Shown piece by piece: positions 19,644 to 30,500 of a stretch of 64,000 nucleotides of DNA (its first letter is position 1; every line of letters starts with the position of its first letter). The stretch is from Histomonas meleagridis 2922-C6/04-290x (taxonomy: Eukaryota > Protista > Parabasalia). A program made the position numbers and the translations under genes. Below the pieces are notes generated by a model. It had not been told where the DNA came from. It ran no database searches and saw only the letters and a list, made by a program, of their open reading frames with translations. The DNA lies in assembly GCA_020184695.1 (NCBI GenBank), contig JAANOX010000037.1, positions 310,001-374,000 on the forward strand, read 5' to 3'.

Positions 19644-20819
19644 ATGGAACAAACTCTATCGGATGAAGATGCTTTAAATCTTATACCAATACTTCAAAAA
19701 GATGATATTGAAAGTTTCAAAAAACTCATTTTTTCATATTCAACTGTAAATCTAGTTTTTGCAACAACATATAATGATATGCCAGTTTGTTTCAGAAAGA
19801 GACCATATATTAGCGACATTGCTGCATACTTCAATGCAATTAAATGTTTAGCTTACATTTTTAGTTATTCAGAACATAATGTAAAACATGAAGATTCAGT
19901 TTTTTCTTAATATTTTCAGGCGTTTATTTATTTTTTTTCGTTCTCTAGCTCATTTTGCTGCATATAATGGTACGATTAATCTTTTTTTGCTACTTGAACA
20001 AAATGGAATTCCAACATCCACATCTAAAATCGATGTTTATCCCATTCATATTGCAGCCAAGCATGGCCGCTTAAAGGTATGCCAGTGGTTATGGTCTAAT
20101 GGCTCACCAATAAATCTTTTAACACGTAATGGTTTTTCACCAATACATCTTGCTGCACATTTTTATCATTTTGATATTGTTGATTTCTTTTTATCAGTTA
20201 ATTGTGATATTAACCAACATATGGGTGTTTTTTTCTCACATTTAATGGTATTTTTTTGAAACATTTAGTACATTATTAACTGAAGCAATTCAAAACGATA
20301 ATATCGAATTGATTGAATACATCATAAAACAAAGCCCACAACAAGTATGTGACAAAAAAGGAATTTATCCATTGCATTATTGCGTTTCTAAACGGAACGC
20401 AGATGTATTGGAAAAACTGATCGAAATCGATGCTGATTTGAGTTGTCAAGATAAAAAAGGTTTAACACCATTACATTACGCATGTCAAAGAGGTTTTTAT
20501 GACATGTGTGATATTTTACTTACAAAAGGCGCTGACGTTTCTATAATTGATTCAAAAGGTAAAACGCCATTACATTATGCTGCTGCTAGAGGTAACGTTT
20601 ATGTTGTTCAACTTTTGGTTCATTATGGAGCGGAAATTGATGCGACAGATAATGTTTCATTTTTTCATTTGAAGGTATTCGTTTTTCATGTTTTTGACTC
20701 CAATGAATGTGGCTTTCTTAAAGAAAAGAAATGAGTGTGTGCAGTACTTTAAGCAGATTTCTTGTGATAACTTAAACCTTTACTTTGATGATGAAAAAGG
20801 ATTCATCAAAATTAACTAA
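19644..20819 (+). CDS. Ankyrin-repeat protein interrupted by six 17-nt non-canonical elements (357 aa after removal)
   Basis: The track splits it into three ORFs (19635, 19888, 20309) in successive +1 frames. 1176 nt minus 6x17 = 1074 nt = 358 codons. Restored loops are HEDS-SG-RSLAHFAA, NQHMG-NG-STLLTEA and ATDN-EG-LTPMNVA; uninterrupted repeats (DKKGLTPLH, DSKGKTPLH) have the same spacing. Confidence 0.87.
19899..19938 (+). other. Pair of 17-nt elements flanking a 6-nt micro-exon TCAGGC (S-G)
   Basis: 19899-19915 GTTTTTTCTTAATATTT; 19916-19921 TCA GGC; 19922-19938 GTTTATTTATTTTTTTT. Confidence 0.8.
20227..20266 (+). other. Pair of 17-nt elements flanking a 6-nt micro-exon AATGGT (N-G)
   Basis: 20227-20243 GTTTTTTTCTCACATTT; 20244-20249 AAT GGT; 20250-20266 ATTTTTTTGAAACATTT. 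Confidence 0.8.
20654..20693 (+). other. Pair of 17-nt elements flanking a 6-nt micro-exon GAAGGT (E-G)
   Basis: 20654-20670 GTTTCATTTTTTCATTT; 20671-20676 GAA GGT; 20677-20693 ATTCGTTTTTCATGTTT; then TTG ACT CCA (L-T-P). Confidence 0.8.
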
Positions 20820-21171
20820 ATAAATATTTGGTTATATAATGAAACAATTCAATGATATGTTTATATGTAATTTAAAAATTTTCAGGAATGTATAAGTTCA
20901 ATAATTATTTTAAATTTGTAAATTTAGAATTTTATTATTTTTCTTATTTCTATTTCATCTTGACTTTCTATTAACAAATTTTCTTCTTAAGAAATTTAAA
21001 AAATCAAATAGCGTCAAATGTTAATTAACGTTATGTATATTATTATTTGTATTTAAATGATTAAAAATTATTTTATACCCAAAATCAGAAAATGTTTTAC
21101 TAACATAACTCAATATCGATATTTCATTATAAAAATGAATAGACGCTTTTTAAATCTTCCATATTCGGAAG

Positions 21172-22128
21172 TTAAGATGGTATTTCAGCTGCAAGTTTTC
21201 GTATTTGTGCAGCTACATCAGTTCCAGGAATTGAGTATTGACCGTTAAAGTTGATGGAGTCCGAAATTGAATTCGAAATAGAAACAGTTTTAACAATGTT
21301 TTCCATTAATGGATTTTGTTTGTCATTCATTTGATAGATCAGGTCTTCCTTTTTTAACTTTATTTGAAGTTCCATTTTCTGAATTTCATTCATCATTTTT
21401 TGCTTGGTCAGTTCAAGAGGTGCCTCTTCATCAACATCAAGAATCGCTTTTGAGGAATCTATTTTGGTAATCAATGCGCGTATTCCTTGGATTAATGCAT
21501 TATCATCATATCGAGGAAAAACTGCTTCTGGAAGATTCGATGGGAACAAGCAAGCCAATTTTTGCTTTTCGCTTTCGTTTCTGGTTGTAGGGAAATATGG
21601 AATAACTGTTGCTGAAATAACATATAAACCATGAGTTACAGAATAAATACGTAGAGGTTGAAGTTCTTTAACAAAGCTAACCTCAGTTTCAATATCACTA
21701 GAATGTAATTCACTGATTTTTGCCAAATTTTTATCATGCATAAGAACGATAATTTGATAATGAGAATGAGGTGAATCTGAACAAGGAACATCCATCTTAT
21801 TTTGTATTACTGTAATTACTGCTGATAGAATTGAGAGAATGTTTGAATGAGAAGAAAAGAAATAAATAGATGAAGAAAACTCGATAAAAGTAAAATGATA
21901 ACACCAACTTAAACCATTCACGGGAATTGTTTTAAAAACTTTATCATTTTCTGAGAAATTAATATTCCATTGATTTGAAGAATACTTAAATGATAATTGA
22001 ACACCTTCTTTTGTGATATTACCAGAAGTAACATATGTACCAATGCAAGTAAAGTTTGAAGTGTTTTCTACGAATTTATTTATATCAATTTTGCTCTCTC
22101 TTAGATATAATAAAAGTTCCTCGTTCAT
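21172..22128 (-). CDS. Hypothetical protein
   Basis: Long ORF; first in-frame ATG at 22128; no family recognised. Confidence 0.65.
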   Translation of the reverse strand: MNEELLLYLRESKIDINKFVENTSNFTCIGTYVTSGNITKEGVQLSFKYSSNQWNINFSENDKVFKTIPVNGLSWCYHFTFIEFSSSIYFFSSHSNILSILSAVITVIQNKMDVPCSDSPHSHYQIIVLMHDKNLAKISELHSSDIETEVSFVKELQPLRIYSVTHGLYVISATVIPYFPTTRNESEKQKLACLFPSNLPEAVFPRYDDNALIQGIRALITKIDSSKAILDVDEEAPLELTKQKMMNEIQKMELQIKLKKEDLIYQMNDKQNPLMENIVKTVSISNSISDSINFNGQYSIPGTDVAAQIRKLAAEIPS

Positions 22129-22255
22129 ATATAAACCGCTAACATTTTGCAAAAATTTCTTTGGTTTATTTTAGCATTGAATTAAGTTTTCGGTTTTTGT
22201 TTAACGTTCCCCTAATTTTTATCTGGATAAGGTCCTTCTAAACACTCTGGAACCA

Positions 22256-24637
22256 ATGGAAAAAAACAATCAACCACACTGTGAATACTGCGGGTGCAAG
22301 CAAATAGATTGTCTTGTAAGGTGTCCTACAACAGGTCTTTATTTTTGTAATGGAAAAGGTGCAACATCACAAAGTCATATAATTCATCATCTCCGTTCCA
22401 TTCAAAGCGACACAATTTCTCTCCCACCTCAAAACAAATATTCATCTATACCATTCAAGTGTTATATTTGCGGTTCAACAAACATTTTTCGTCTTGGGTT
22501 TATTTTTTCTGAATCCGGGAATATCTTTATTGCATGCCGCTCACCCTGCCAATTTGATGAATCACTTAAAGAGAAAAATGTTAAACACGATATATTTATG
22601 CCATTGGTTTCCAATAACGAAATTTATCCGCAAGTTGTAAGAATTCCTAACCCTGAGGAATATCAAAAAGTTCCAATGCTTAAAGTTATTGAGATCAAAT
22701 CACAAATAAAGGAATTTTTAGGGAAGCAAACTAATTCATCATCACTTCCACCATCCAAAATCAAGTATGATTCAGTTGAGGATTATACAGATCGAATGAT
22801 TCAATATGTTAAAGCCGAAAAAGAAGAATCATCTCGACAAGAAAAATCTCGTCGATTTGGAGGAATTACTCTTGATTGGATAAATGAAACAGATGTATCC
22901 TTTAAAGCTCAACCACAGCTTTTCAAGCTTACAACACTTGGTTCATCCATTGTTTTTTCAGAAAATGAAATATCCGAAATTGGTTTTGTTTATCATCGTT
23001 CTAACAACATGTCGATTAGTGTTCATTTTCATTCTAAATCCCTTTTTTATGGCCATACAAATGGAATAACATTGAATGTTGTCATGAGTGATGTTCCATT
23101 CAAGAGACAACTTGCTGCACTTCAAGCAATTCAACGAGAACGTCCTCCACTTCACTGGCTTATTCTTGATCTTTTCTTAGGTTGTACAGAGAAGCTTCGA
23201 CATCATAACAAACTCAAGAAAAACAAAGCACGGTTTTTCCAACCGCCGAACCTCCCCAAACTTAACGAATTTCAAAGGCGCGCATGTGAAGTGTCACTTT
23301 CCCAACGGTTCACCCTGATTCAGGGCCCCCCGGGGACCGGCAAGACGACCGTTATTGCTGCCTTAGCATATTCATTTGTTCAATCAGGTATTTATCCCAT
23401 ATTAGTATGTGCGCAATCTAATGTAGCAGCAGATTTTGCCACCTCACGTATAGCAGAGACTGGTGTTAAAGTCACACGAGTTTTAAGTACATCACGGGAA
23501 GCTGTTGATGATAAAATTGATTCATTAACCACACGAAAGAAAGCCAAAGAAATGTATGGTGAATCATTTATCAAGTTATTAGAATCAACCAATGAAGACG
23601 ACAAACGAAAAGTCACAAACATTGAACATGAAATTATTGAAGTTAGTGATGTAGTATGTGCAACATGTACATCTTCTGGTGGTGCACGATTACGAAACAT
23701 AACATTTCCAGTTGTAATCTTTGATGAAAGTGGCCAATGTTTAGATCCCGACTTATTAATATCGTTAACACATAATGCGCAACAAACAATTCTTGTTGGC
23801 GATCATTGTCAACTTGGCCCTGTTATATTATCCCGTGATACAGCCAAAGCTCGTTATGATATTCCATTAATTCAACGCCTAATATTACTTGAAGTCCATC
23901 CAATTATATTACGTACGCAATATCGAATGCATTCATCGATATCCGAATTTCCATCTTCAGCGTTTTATATGAACTTATTAAACAATGGGATAAAAGATGA
24001 GCAACGTAAATGGGAAAAAGAAGTCATCAAATGGCCGAACCCATTATATCCGATCATGTTTTGGAACGTATTTGGGAAAGAAGAGAATTATGAGTTCGGA
24101 CTTTCATATATTAGTCGTAATGAAACTATATGTATTGCATCGATACTTGAAAAGATGTATTTAAATAATGTTAAGTCATCAGACATTGGTATCATTACGC
24201 CTTATGTCGGACAACAAACTTATCTAATAGAAACTTTGCCTTACTTCTGTAAGAACATTAAAAAGGAATTCTTCGACGAATTAGAAATCGCTTCTGTCGA
24301 TGCGTTCCAAGGAAGAGAAAAGAATTTCATCATATTTAGTTGCGTAAGAGCAAATGATTCGTTCGATATCGGGTTCTTAAAGGATAAACGAAGACTTTGC
24401 GTGTCGCTGACAAGAGCAAAATATGGACTCATTACGTTGGGCGACGCAAAGACTTTCGCGAAGAATAAGTTGTGGTGTAAGTACATTGAGCATTGTATAA
24501 GTAAAAAAGTCTTCGTCGAGGGTAAAGACGTCGATTCGTTAGTGCCTTCGACTTTTACACCACTTGTGACAACAAATGAAATGGAGGACGATGACGACGA
24601 AATGGACAATGTTGGAAATGATGATATGATTGCATAG
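22256..24637 (+). CDS. UPF1: UPF1-like SF1 RNA helicase (regulator of nonsense transcripts 1 family)
   Basis: N-terminal Cys/His domain (CEYCG...FCNGKG...SHII.HL), LIQGPPGTGKT, DESGQ, LVGDHCQLGP, QYRMH, SVDAFQGREK, RRLCVSLTRAK. Confidence 0.88.
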   Translation: MEKNNQPHCEYCGCKQIDCLVRCPTTGLYFCNGKGATSQSHIIHHLRSIQSDTISLPPQNKYSSIPFKCYICGSTNIFRLGFIFSESGNIFIACRSPCQFDESLKEKNVKHDIFMPLVSNNEIYPQVVRIPNPEEYQKVPMLKVIEIKSQIKEFLGKQTNSSSLPPSKIKYDSVEDYTDRMIQYVKAEKEESSRQEKSRRFGGITLDWINETDVSFKAQPQLFKLTTLGSSIVFSENEISEIGFVYHRSNNMSISVHFHSKSLFYGHTNGITLNVVMSDVPFKRQLAALQAIQRERPPLHWLILDLFLGCTEKLRHHNKLKKNKARFFQPPNLPKLNEFQRRACEVSLSQRFTLIQGPPGTGKTTVIAALAYSFVQSGIYPILVCAQSNVAADFATSRIAETGVKVTRVLSTSREAVDDKIDSLTTRKKAKEMYGESFIKLLESTNEDDKRKVTNIEHEIIEVSDVVCATCTSSGGARLRNITFPVVIFDESGQCLDPDLLISLTHNAQQTILVGDHCQLGPVILSRDTAKARYDIPLIQRLILLEVHPIILRTQYRMHSSISEFPSSAFYMNLLNNGIKDEQRKWEKEVIKWPNPLYPIMFWNVFGKEENYEFGLSYISRNETICIASILEKMYLNNVKSSDIGIITPYVGQQTYLIETLPYFCKNIKKEFFDELEIASVDAFQGREKNFIIFSCVRANDSFDIGFLKDKRRLCVSLTRAKYGLITLGDAKTFAKNKLWCKYIEHCISKKVFVEGKDVDSLVPSTFTPLVTTNEMEDDDDEMDNVGNDDMIA

Positions 24638-24777
24638 ATAATGAATGAGTAAACATGTGTTTGCTTCACTATTTATTATTTGTACAATTAAAAGTTGAAA
24701 TTGATTTTATGGAATTTTATTCGTGTGAATTTATAGACAAATGTTTTAACATTTTAATTTTTACACATGAATTATAT

Positions 24778-25644
24778 TTAATTTGGTGTCGTTGGAAGAT
24801 ATTTTTGGATTTTCCAACTCTTTAATATTCCGTTTCGATAAACAAATCCCTGTACACAATTAAGAACAATCGATGTGAATAATAATGTAGAAAGATATAA
24901 TATTATCACTGATTCGATGCTCGAAATCAATGGTATCGTGTGCACCATTTCTATTTCAGTAACTTTTATCTTTAATTCAATTGTAAACGAGTGCCATTTC
25001 CCAAAGTGAACTATCGGCTCAGTCCAATCAACGTAGAAAAGTGTGCTCGTGTTGTCTTGTTGCTCTAATAAATCAGATAATGAATGGAATGATATCGGAT
25101 CAAAAGTCGTTTCTTCAAAACGCCCATGAAAACTTGGAATTTCATTCTGTTCAAATGTCAATATGCCAGAACAACTAATATGATTAGTAGGAAATGGAAA
25201 TGATGAAGTGAATGTGCCAATGGATTTAATGGTGTTATTGGCAAATCTTCGAATTTTAACAGTGTAATTAAATATAACTGTTGCTGATATTATGTTTAAA
25301 TTTGGATCTGAAATATTGATGGACATCGTCCAATCAGAAAGTTTATTTCCAGAGTAATTTGGAATTTTTTTAATTGATAGTGGATAGTTAAAATCATCAC
25401 TAGGATAATTGATTGAATTTCCATTAGAATCAAAAGCTATAAATTGTATTATATTTCCAGGTATTACCATTGGCAATTCTGTATCGAAAGCAATATTTGA
25501 TTGATCAATAACGTAAAATATACATGCTAAAACAGGTAATAAATATTGTACTATAAGACATAAAACATGAAAAAGGAAAGCACAGCTACAAATTCTTGCC
25601 TTGTAAACAACTGGTGGACGAGCTGTGCGATAAAGTATTACCAT
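24778..25644 (-). CDS. TMEM231: TMEM231-like ciliary transition-zone membrane protein
   Basis: N-terminal Y.A.ICS.A.LF followed by a TM helix, a large luminal loop and a second TM near the C-terminus; resembles TMEM231 as I recall the family. Confidence 0.6.
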   Translation of the reverse strand: MVILYRTARPPVVYKARICSCAFLFHVLCLIVQYLLPVLACIFYVIDQSNIAFDTELPMVIPGNIIQFIAFDSNGNSINYPSDDFNYPLSIKKIPNYSGNKLSDWTMSINISDPNLNIISATVIFNYTVKIRRFANNTIKSIGTFTSSFPFPTNHISCSGILTFEQNEIPSFHGRFEETTFDPISFHSLSDLLEQQDNTSTLFYVDWTEPIVHFGKWHSFTIELKIKVTEIEMVHTIPLISSIESVIILYLSTLLFTSIVLNCVQGFVYRNGILKSWKIQKYLPTTPN

Positions 25645-25793
25645 TCTTCTCCAGATCGGCCGTTTAAGTTATCACAACGTTTATTTGGACGTCAAAATAT
25701 TGAAACAATTGAATTTTTTACATAAACCCTCAAATTTGTGTGCCGAGTTTCGGTTTGTGTCAAATTAACCGATTACAAAACTTTTACTCGAAG

Positions 25794-26699
25794 ATGCTCG
25801 ACAATATCATCAAGAAAATCGAAGATGGAGGGTTCCCAACAGTCGAAGAGATAAACTACGTTACAACAAATGCAAAGAAACTGTTCGAGAAACTTCCAAA
25901 TGTCGTTAAAGTTAATCCACCAGTTACAATTTGTGGAGATATCCATGGACAATTCACAGATTTGATTGAACTTTTTAGAATTAATGGCCCAATCCCATAT
26001 ACAGATTATTTGTTCATGGGAGATTATGTTGATCGTGGAAGTCAATCTGTGGAAACAGTTACATATCTTTTCGCTTTGAAACTTAAATACCCAGATTCAA
26101 TAACCCTCCTCCGTGGAAATCATGAGTCTTCAGGCATCTCTCAACATTTCGGATTCCGTGATGAAGTTGTAGCTCGATATGGAAATGATGAAGTTTGGCA
26201 AACATATACTCAAACATTTAATTACTTACCTTTGGCAGCTCATGTTGGATCCAAGATTTTATGCGTTCATGGTGGCTTAAGTCCCGAAATTAAAACAATT
26301 AAAGATATCGAAAAAATTGATCGTTTCCGAGAAGCACCACATGATGGACCAATGTGCGATGTTTTATGGAGTGATCCAGGCACTACACGAGGTTTTCATC
26401 CTTCTTGTCGTGATGCAGGATATCAATTCGGATCTGATATCACAAGACAATGGAATGAAAATAATGGTTTAGAATTAACAGCACGTGCTCACCAACTCGT
26501 AATGGGAGGATTAGAATATACTCATGATGATGGATTAGTTACAATTTTCAGTGCACCTGATTATTGCTTAAGATGTGGAAATCTTGCAGGTGTTTTAGAA
26601 CTTGATGAAATGCTTCGAAGAAAGGAAATAAGATTTGCTACTCCTAGATTGCTTGAAGACAATTGTGAAGACATTCCAGAATATTATAAATTCACTTGA
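25794..26699 (+). CDS. PPP-family Ser/Thr phosphatase catalytic subunit (PP2A/PP4/PP6-like)
   Basis: GDIHGQ, GDYVDRG, RGNHES, HGGLSP, RAHQL, FSAPDYC. First ATG is at 25794. Confidence 0.93.
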   Translation: MLDNIIKKIEDGGFPTVEEINYVTTNAKKLFEKLPNVVKVNPPVTICGDIHGQFTDLIELFRINGPIPYTDYLFMGDYVDRGSQSVETVTYLFALKLKYPDSITLLRGNHESSGISQHFGFRDEVVARYGNDEVWQTYTQTFNYLPLAAHVGSKILCVHGGLSPEIKTIKDIEKIDRFREAPHDGPMCDVLWSDPGTTRGFHPSCRDAGYQFGSDITRQWNENNGLELTARAHQLVMGGLEYTHDDGLVTIFSAPDYCLRCGNLAGVLELDEMLRRKEIRFATPRLLEDNCEDIPEYYKFT

Positions 26700-27114
26700 T
26701 TTCATTTCAATAAATTTTAAAAAATGAAATGTTTATTTTTGTAAACTATTTCAAAAGTGATAATTATGCAGCGGTTGTGATGTTCACCGCTGATTGAGAT
26801 GTTTCTCTTTATTTATTAAAGAAGAAACTCTAATTCTATTTATTCTTTCCTTCAGTGTTCAAGACTTTGTGTTATTTGAATGCAGAACTCAAATTATTAT
26901 TCTGATTGATTGACATTTTCATTTTTAAGTCAAATGAAATCTAAAAAAAAAAATGAAATCATAGACAAAAAGAAAAATTTAATGTGTAATGATTATTTTT
27001 TTTGATAACCATTGGTAATAACACTTTGAGCTTACCATTACTATTGGCTGTTAATCGTAACGGTGTTTCACATAACATTTCGGCAATGTCACTTTTCTAT
27101 TATAGCAAGCTTTC

Positions 27115-27726
27115 ATGTATGAGAATTATGGATCAATTCCCTCCTTCAAAGTCATCATGCTCGGAGACTCTGGCGTTGGGAAAACATCGATTGTTCTTAG
27201 GAGAACAAAGGGTAGCTTTACATTCCAGATGAATCCCACGATTGGGACATCACATATCAAAACAAATGTAAAAATTAATGAACAGACTGTTGAACTTAAA
27301 ATATGGGACACTGCTGGACAAGAACAATTCGCCTCGCTGGTTTCAATGTACACTCGTGGCACTGATGTTTGCATAATTGTAGCATCTGTTGTTGATGAAT
27401 CATCAATACAGAGTATAGACAAATGGAAAAACCGACTCAATGAAACTGGTGAGTTTCCACCTATTATTATAGCCTTAAATAAGATCGACATGGAAGAATC
27501 TTCTGAAGAAATTACCATCCTTAGTGAAAAATTTTCATCTCAATATAACAACGTAATCTTTGTTTCTGCCAAAACAGGGGAAGGGATTGACTCCCTTTTT
27601 ATTTCTGCTGCAGAAGAAGCTCTCAGATCAGCACAAGCATCTCAACAAAAAGATACCGAAAACCCACCTCCCTCAGATATCACTCTTCGAGAAGAAGAGA
27701 ATAAATGTAGTTGTTCACAAGCATAA
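27115..27726 (+). CDS. Rab-family small GTPase
   Basis: GDSGVGKT, WDTAGQE, NKID, SAKTG and C-terminal CSC-like prenylation motif. Confidence 0.92.
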   Translation: MYENYGSIPSFKVIMLGDSGVGKTSIVLRRTKGSFTFQMNPTIGTSHIKTNVKINEQTVELKIWDTAGQEQFASLVSMYTRGTDVCIIVASVVDESSIQSIDKWKNRLNETGEFPPIIIALNKIDMEESSEEITILSEKFSSQYNNVIFVSAKTGEGIDSLFISAAEEALRSAQASQQKDTENPPPSDITLREEENKCSCSQA

Positions 27727-28269
27727 AATAAACATCTTATCTTTCTGTTAAGTTTGGTGATTTTCCATCGTTCATTCGGTTTGCAAATCTGACAATTTTT
27801 CTGAGAATTTGACAGATGTAATTGAAAAGAACTCCCCCATCGCCTTTATAACCATGTAAATTATACAAAAACTTGTTTTTGACATATCGTATTTTATTTA
27901 GTGGTTGACGTTCGGGTGAAGTTTTAGCTGCACAAATTTAGCAGTTAACTGTAAACGATAGGTATTTGTCGCGCATGGTGCTCAAAGTCGAATATACGCA
28001 TATTAAGTAAGCAACGCTTACTTATTGCAATATTAATATGAAAACATTTTATAATTTAATTTTCCGTCATAAATCGAAAATATAAAAATAAAATTGTTCA
28101 CAGACAAATATGCTCATAATTATTTCATCATAAATAATTTTGGAAAATGCTTTCATGGATCGTTATGATCGATAGATAATAAGTAAAAATTAAAACATTT
28201 CAACTAATTTTGGTTTAAATTTATATCAAAATAAACATTTCTAGAAATAAAAACAATGTTTACAAACAA

Positions 28270-29400
28270 TTACATGAAGTCAAACAGCGTTGTGCTTCTT
28301 AAGTTTTTCTTTTTCTTTGATTTCTCTTCAGATTTCACATTTATCACAGGCACAAATTCCATTTCATATTCGCCTTCGACTGCTTTATATTCAGATGTCC
28401 ATAGTTGCGTAGTTTTATCATCTGAACACGACACAATTGTATCGAACGATTCTTTATTCCATTCGACGCACGTTGCAGCAGATGTATGACAAATGAAAAC
28501 TTGCGGCGTTTCATTCTGCCCAACCTTAAACACATTTAATGCGCCTGACGATGACCCTGTTAATAAGTACCTCGAGCACGGACTGAAACAACAGCGTATG
28601 TAAAAGGATCCGACGTTTGGCCAATGCTGAGTTACGTAACAAAAGTCATTATCGAGAGAATAAAATGTGATATAGCTATTAGTAGAGATAGAGGCGAGGA
28701 TCTTATGGTTGGGTGATATGCTTAGAGAGGAAATTGGAACACGAGCGTTCTGTTCTGGGATTGAAATTGGAAACGGTTTTTTAAGATTGCGAGAATCCCA
28801 ACAAAGAAGCTCACCATGACTATCAGATGTGAAGAAATACGTCGGTGATGCAGAGGCAATGGAAAGAATGGATGGTTGGGATTTTAATTGGATATATGAA
28901 ATGGGATCTTTTTGACGATAATCCCAAAGATAAACACTCCCATCACGACCGCCTGATAAAACATTGTCGCCAAGATTGGAAAGACAAAGAACAGTTCCGA
29001 GATGTTTAATGTATGATTTGATAGGAACGCATTTTTGAACATCAATAAAAATCACAGACTGCTCTCCAGTACCAACTACAATAATATTCGAATTATTGAG
29101 AAAAACAAGATCGAAAATTGAATTATCAACAACTGAAAATGAATCAACGCTATAAATAGGTTTTTGTTGTTGCAATGCTTCCTGTCCTCTGACAAATGAA
29201 ATTTCTCCTTCTTCTCCTGCAATTGCAAGGAAAAGAAATTCATGAGGAGAAAATTTGGCAACATAAGGGCGAATCAAAGTCACTTCTTCATTAAATTTCG
29301 GGATAACAAAGCGAGATGCTGGTGTAAAATCAATAGAATATTGGTATGCTATTGCTCTTCCCGTTATTAATGCAGATGGACTTGGTATGTTTTCTCTCAA
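28270..29400 (-). CDS. Cdt2/DTL (denticleless)-like WD40 protein; no in-frame ATG near the 5' end
   Basis: LAIAGEEG.I, NSIFDL, GTGEQS, SGGRDGSV.LWD.R, FYIRCCFSP...LLTGSS, H.....CVEW and a C-terminal TLFDF PIP-box-like motif. Confidence 0.7.
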   Translation of the reverse strand: MRENIPSPSALITGRAIAYQYSIDFTPASRFVIPKFNEEVTLIRPYVAKFSPHEFLFLAIAGEEGEISFVRGQEALQQQKPIYSVDSFSVVDNSIFDLVFLNNSNIIVVGTGEQSVIFIDVQKCVPIKSYIKHLGTVLCLSNLGDNVLSGGRDGSVYLWDYRQKDPISYIQLKSQPSILSIASASPTYFFTSDSHGELLCWDSRNLKKPFPISIPEQNARVPISSLSISPNHKILASISTNSYITFYSLDNDFCYVTQHWPNVGSFYIRCCFSPCSRYLLTGSSSGALNVFKVGQNETPQVFICHTSAATCVEWNKESFDTIVSCSDDKTTQLWTSEYKAVEGEYEMEFVPVINVKSEEKSKKKKNLRSTTLFDFM

Positions 29401-29769
29401 TAGAGGCTGAATACAAAAGGAAAAGTGACAGATCTAGAATAAAAATTTCAACATGTTGTCCTATAAATTTCCAATAATACAATGCTAGCTACAACAAAAT
29501 GCAATGCCTTTTTGGTCTCAAATCGAAATATATGCTTGTAGCTTTGAGTAAGAAGAAATCTTACAAATTGATAAAGAGAAAAGTCAGGAATTTTTGATTC
29601 AGTTTTCAGGCAAAATAAAATTTGCTTGTTTACACTGTCAATAATTGTGTTTATATAGATAATATCTCAGTGTTTCTCTGAAAACTTCAAAATTTTGAGA
29701 TGAAATGACCAGATTTAATCAGAATATTATTTCCAAAAAGATTAAAATGAATTTTTTAATTAAACTTGA

Positions 29770-29970
29770 TTAAAGGAAAATACACCGAGCTTTCCTCTTT
29801 TCATCTTTATGCTTCTCGGCTTCTTCGTTCTTTTCATTATCAGTTTTTTCATTTGTTTCTCCTTCGTTTTGGTTATTGGTTGTTTCGTTATTTTCATTGT
29901 TTCCATTATTTTGCTCTTCTTGAACTTCTTCTTTTGGTGCTTCACCATTGGCCATATCCCCTTCTGACAT
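29770..29970 (-). CDS. Small acidic/Asn-rich hypothetical protein
   Basis: 66-aa ATG ORF with strongly purine-biased E/N/K codons; the 3' end may contain a 19-nt GT-AG intron (29765-29783). Confidence 0.45.
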   Translation of the reverse strand: MSEGDMANGEAPKEEVQEEQNNGNNENNETTNNQNEGETNEKTDNEKNEEAEKHKDEKRKARCIFL

Positions 29971-30500
29971 GAAATTATTGTGAGGTAAAAAATGTTAGTT
30001 TCGATATTTATAGTTGAAGATAGAAGTTTTGAGCAAAAGACAATTTTTTTAAAAAAACCTACGATTCCCAAAAAGCATATGATAATATTAGTTTTGGACA
30101 TGCTTATCCACTCTACTAAGCAAAATAATTATTTGTTATATTATAAAGTAAAAGAATTTCGTGTTCAAATAATAGTATTAGAACCATAAAAAAAATTGAA
30201 AGCGTCCTTTATTTGTTATTTTCTAAAGAATAACATAATGTAACTAGAAAATGATTTTAAAAAAGAGTCTCTAAAATTCATGACATTAACTTGAAGAAAT
30301 TAAATTATTAATAAAAAAAAAATAAACAAAAATGTGGGAAATTACTAAACAGAAATATTATTAGAACACAATTAAAATTTGTAAGTTATTGAACGATGTA
30401 ACAAAGTTACAAGATGCCGTTTAACTTTCGATTTTTCTGAAAAAGTGGATTTGATAACGTACGTTTAAATATCTTTCCGCGATCTTTTAATTTTTTCATA

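Noticed and set aside
20227-20257. Single 31-nt or 19-nt removal at the second ankyrin interruption
   Set aside because: Frame-compatible, but the 17+6+17 parse gives N-G at the same position as the other two cassettes and matching element ends.
22256-24637. Functional link between UPF1 or the SmE pseudogene and the nearby 17-nt elements
   Set aside because: Eukaryotic gene neighbourhood is not evidence of a shared pathway; no dedicated enzyme for the elements was identifiable in this window.
28004-28024. 9-bp perfect hairpin TAAGTAAGC-AAC-GCTTACTTA
   Set aside because: Isolated and AT-rich, with no associated element ends; not assignable.
29765-29783. 19-nt GT-AG candidate intron GTATTTTCCTTTAATCAAG
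   Set aside because: Resembles the ARL3 introns but would only change the last three residues; there is no homology to test it, so it is left as unsupported.
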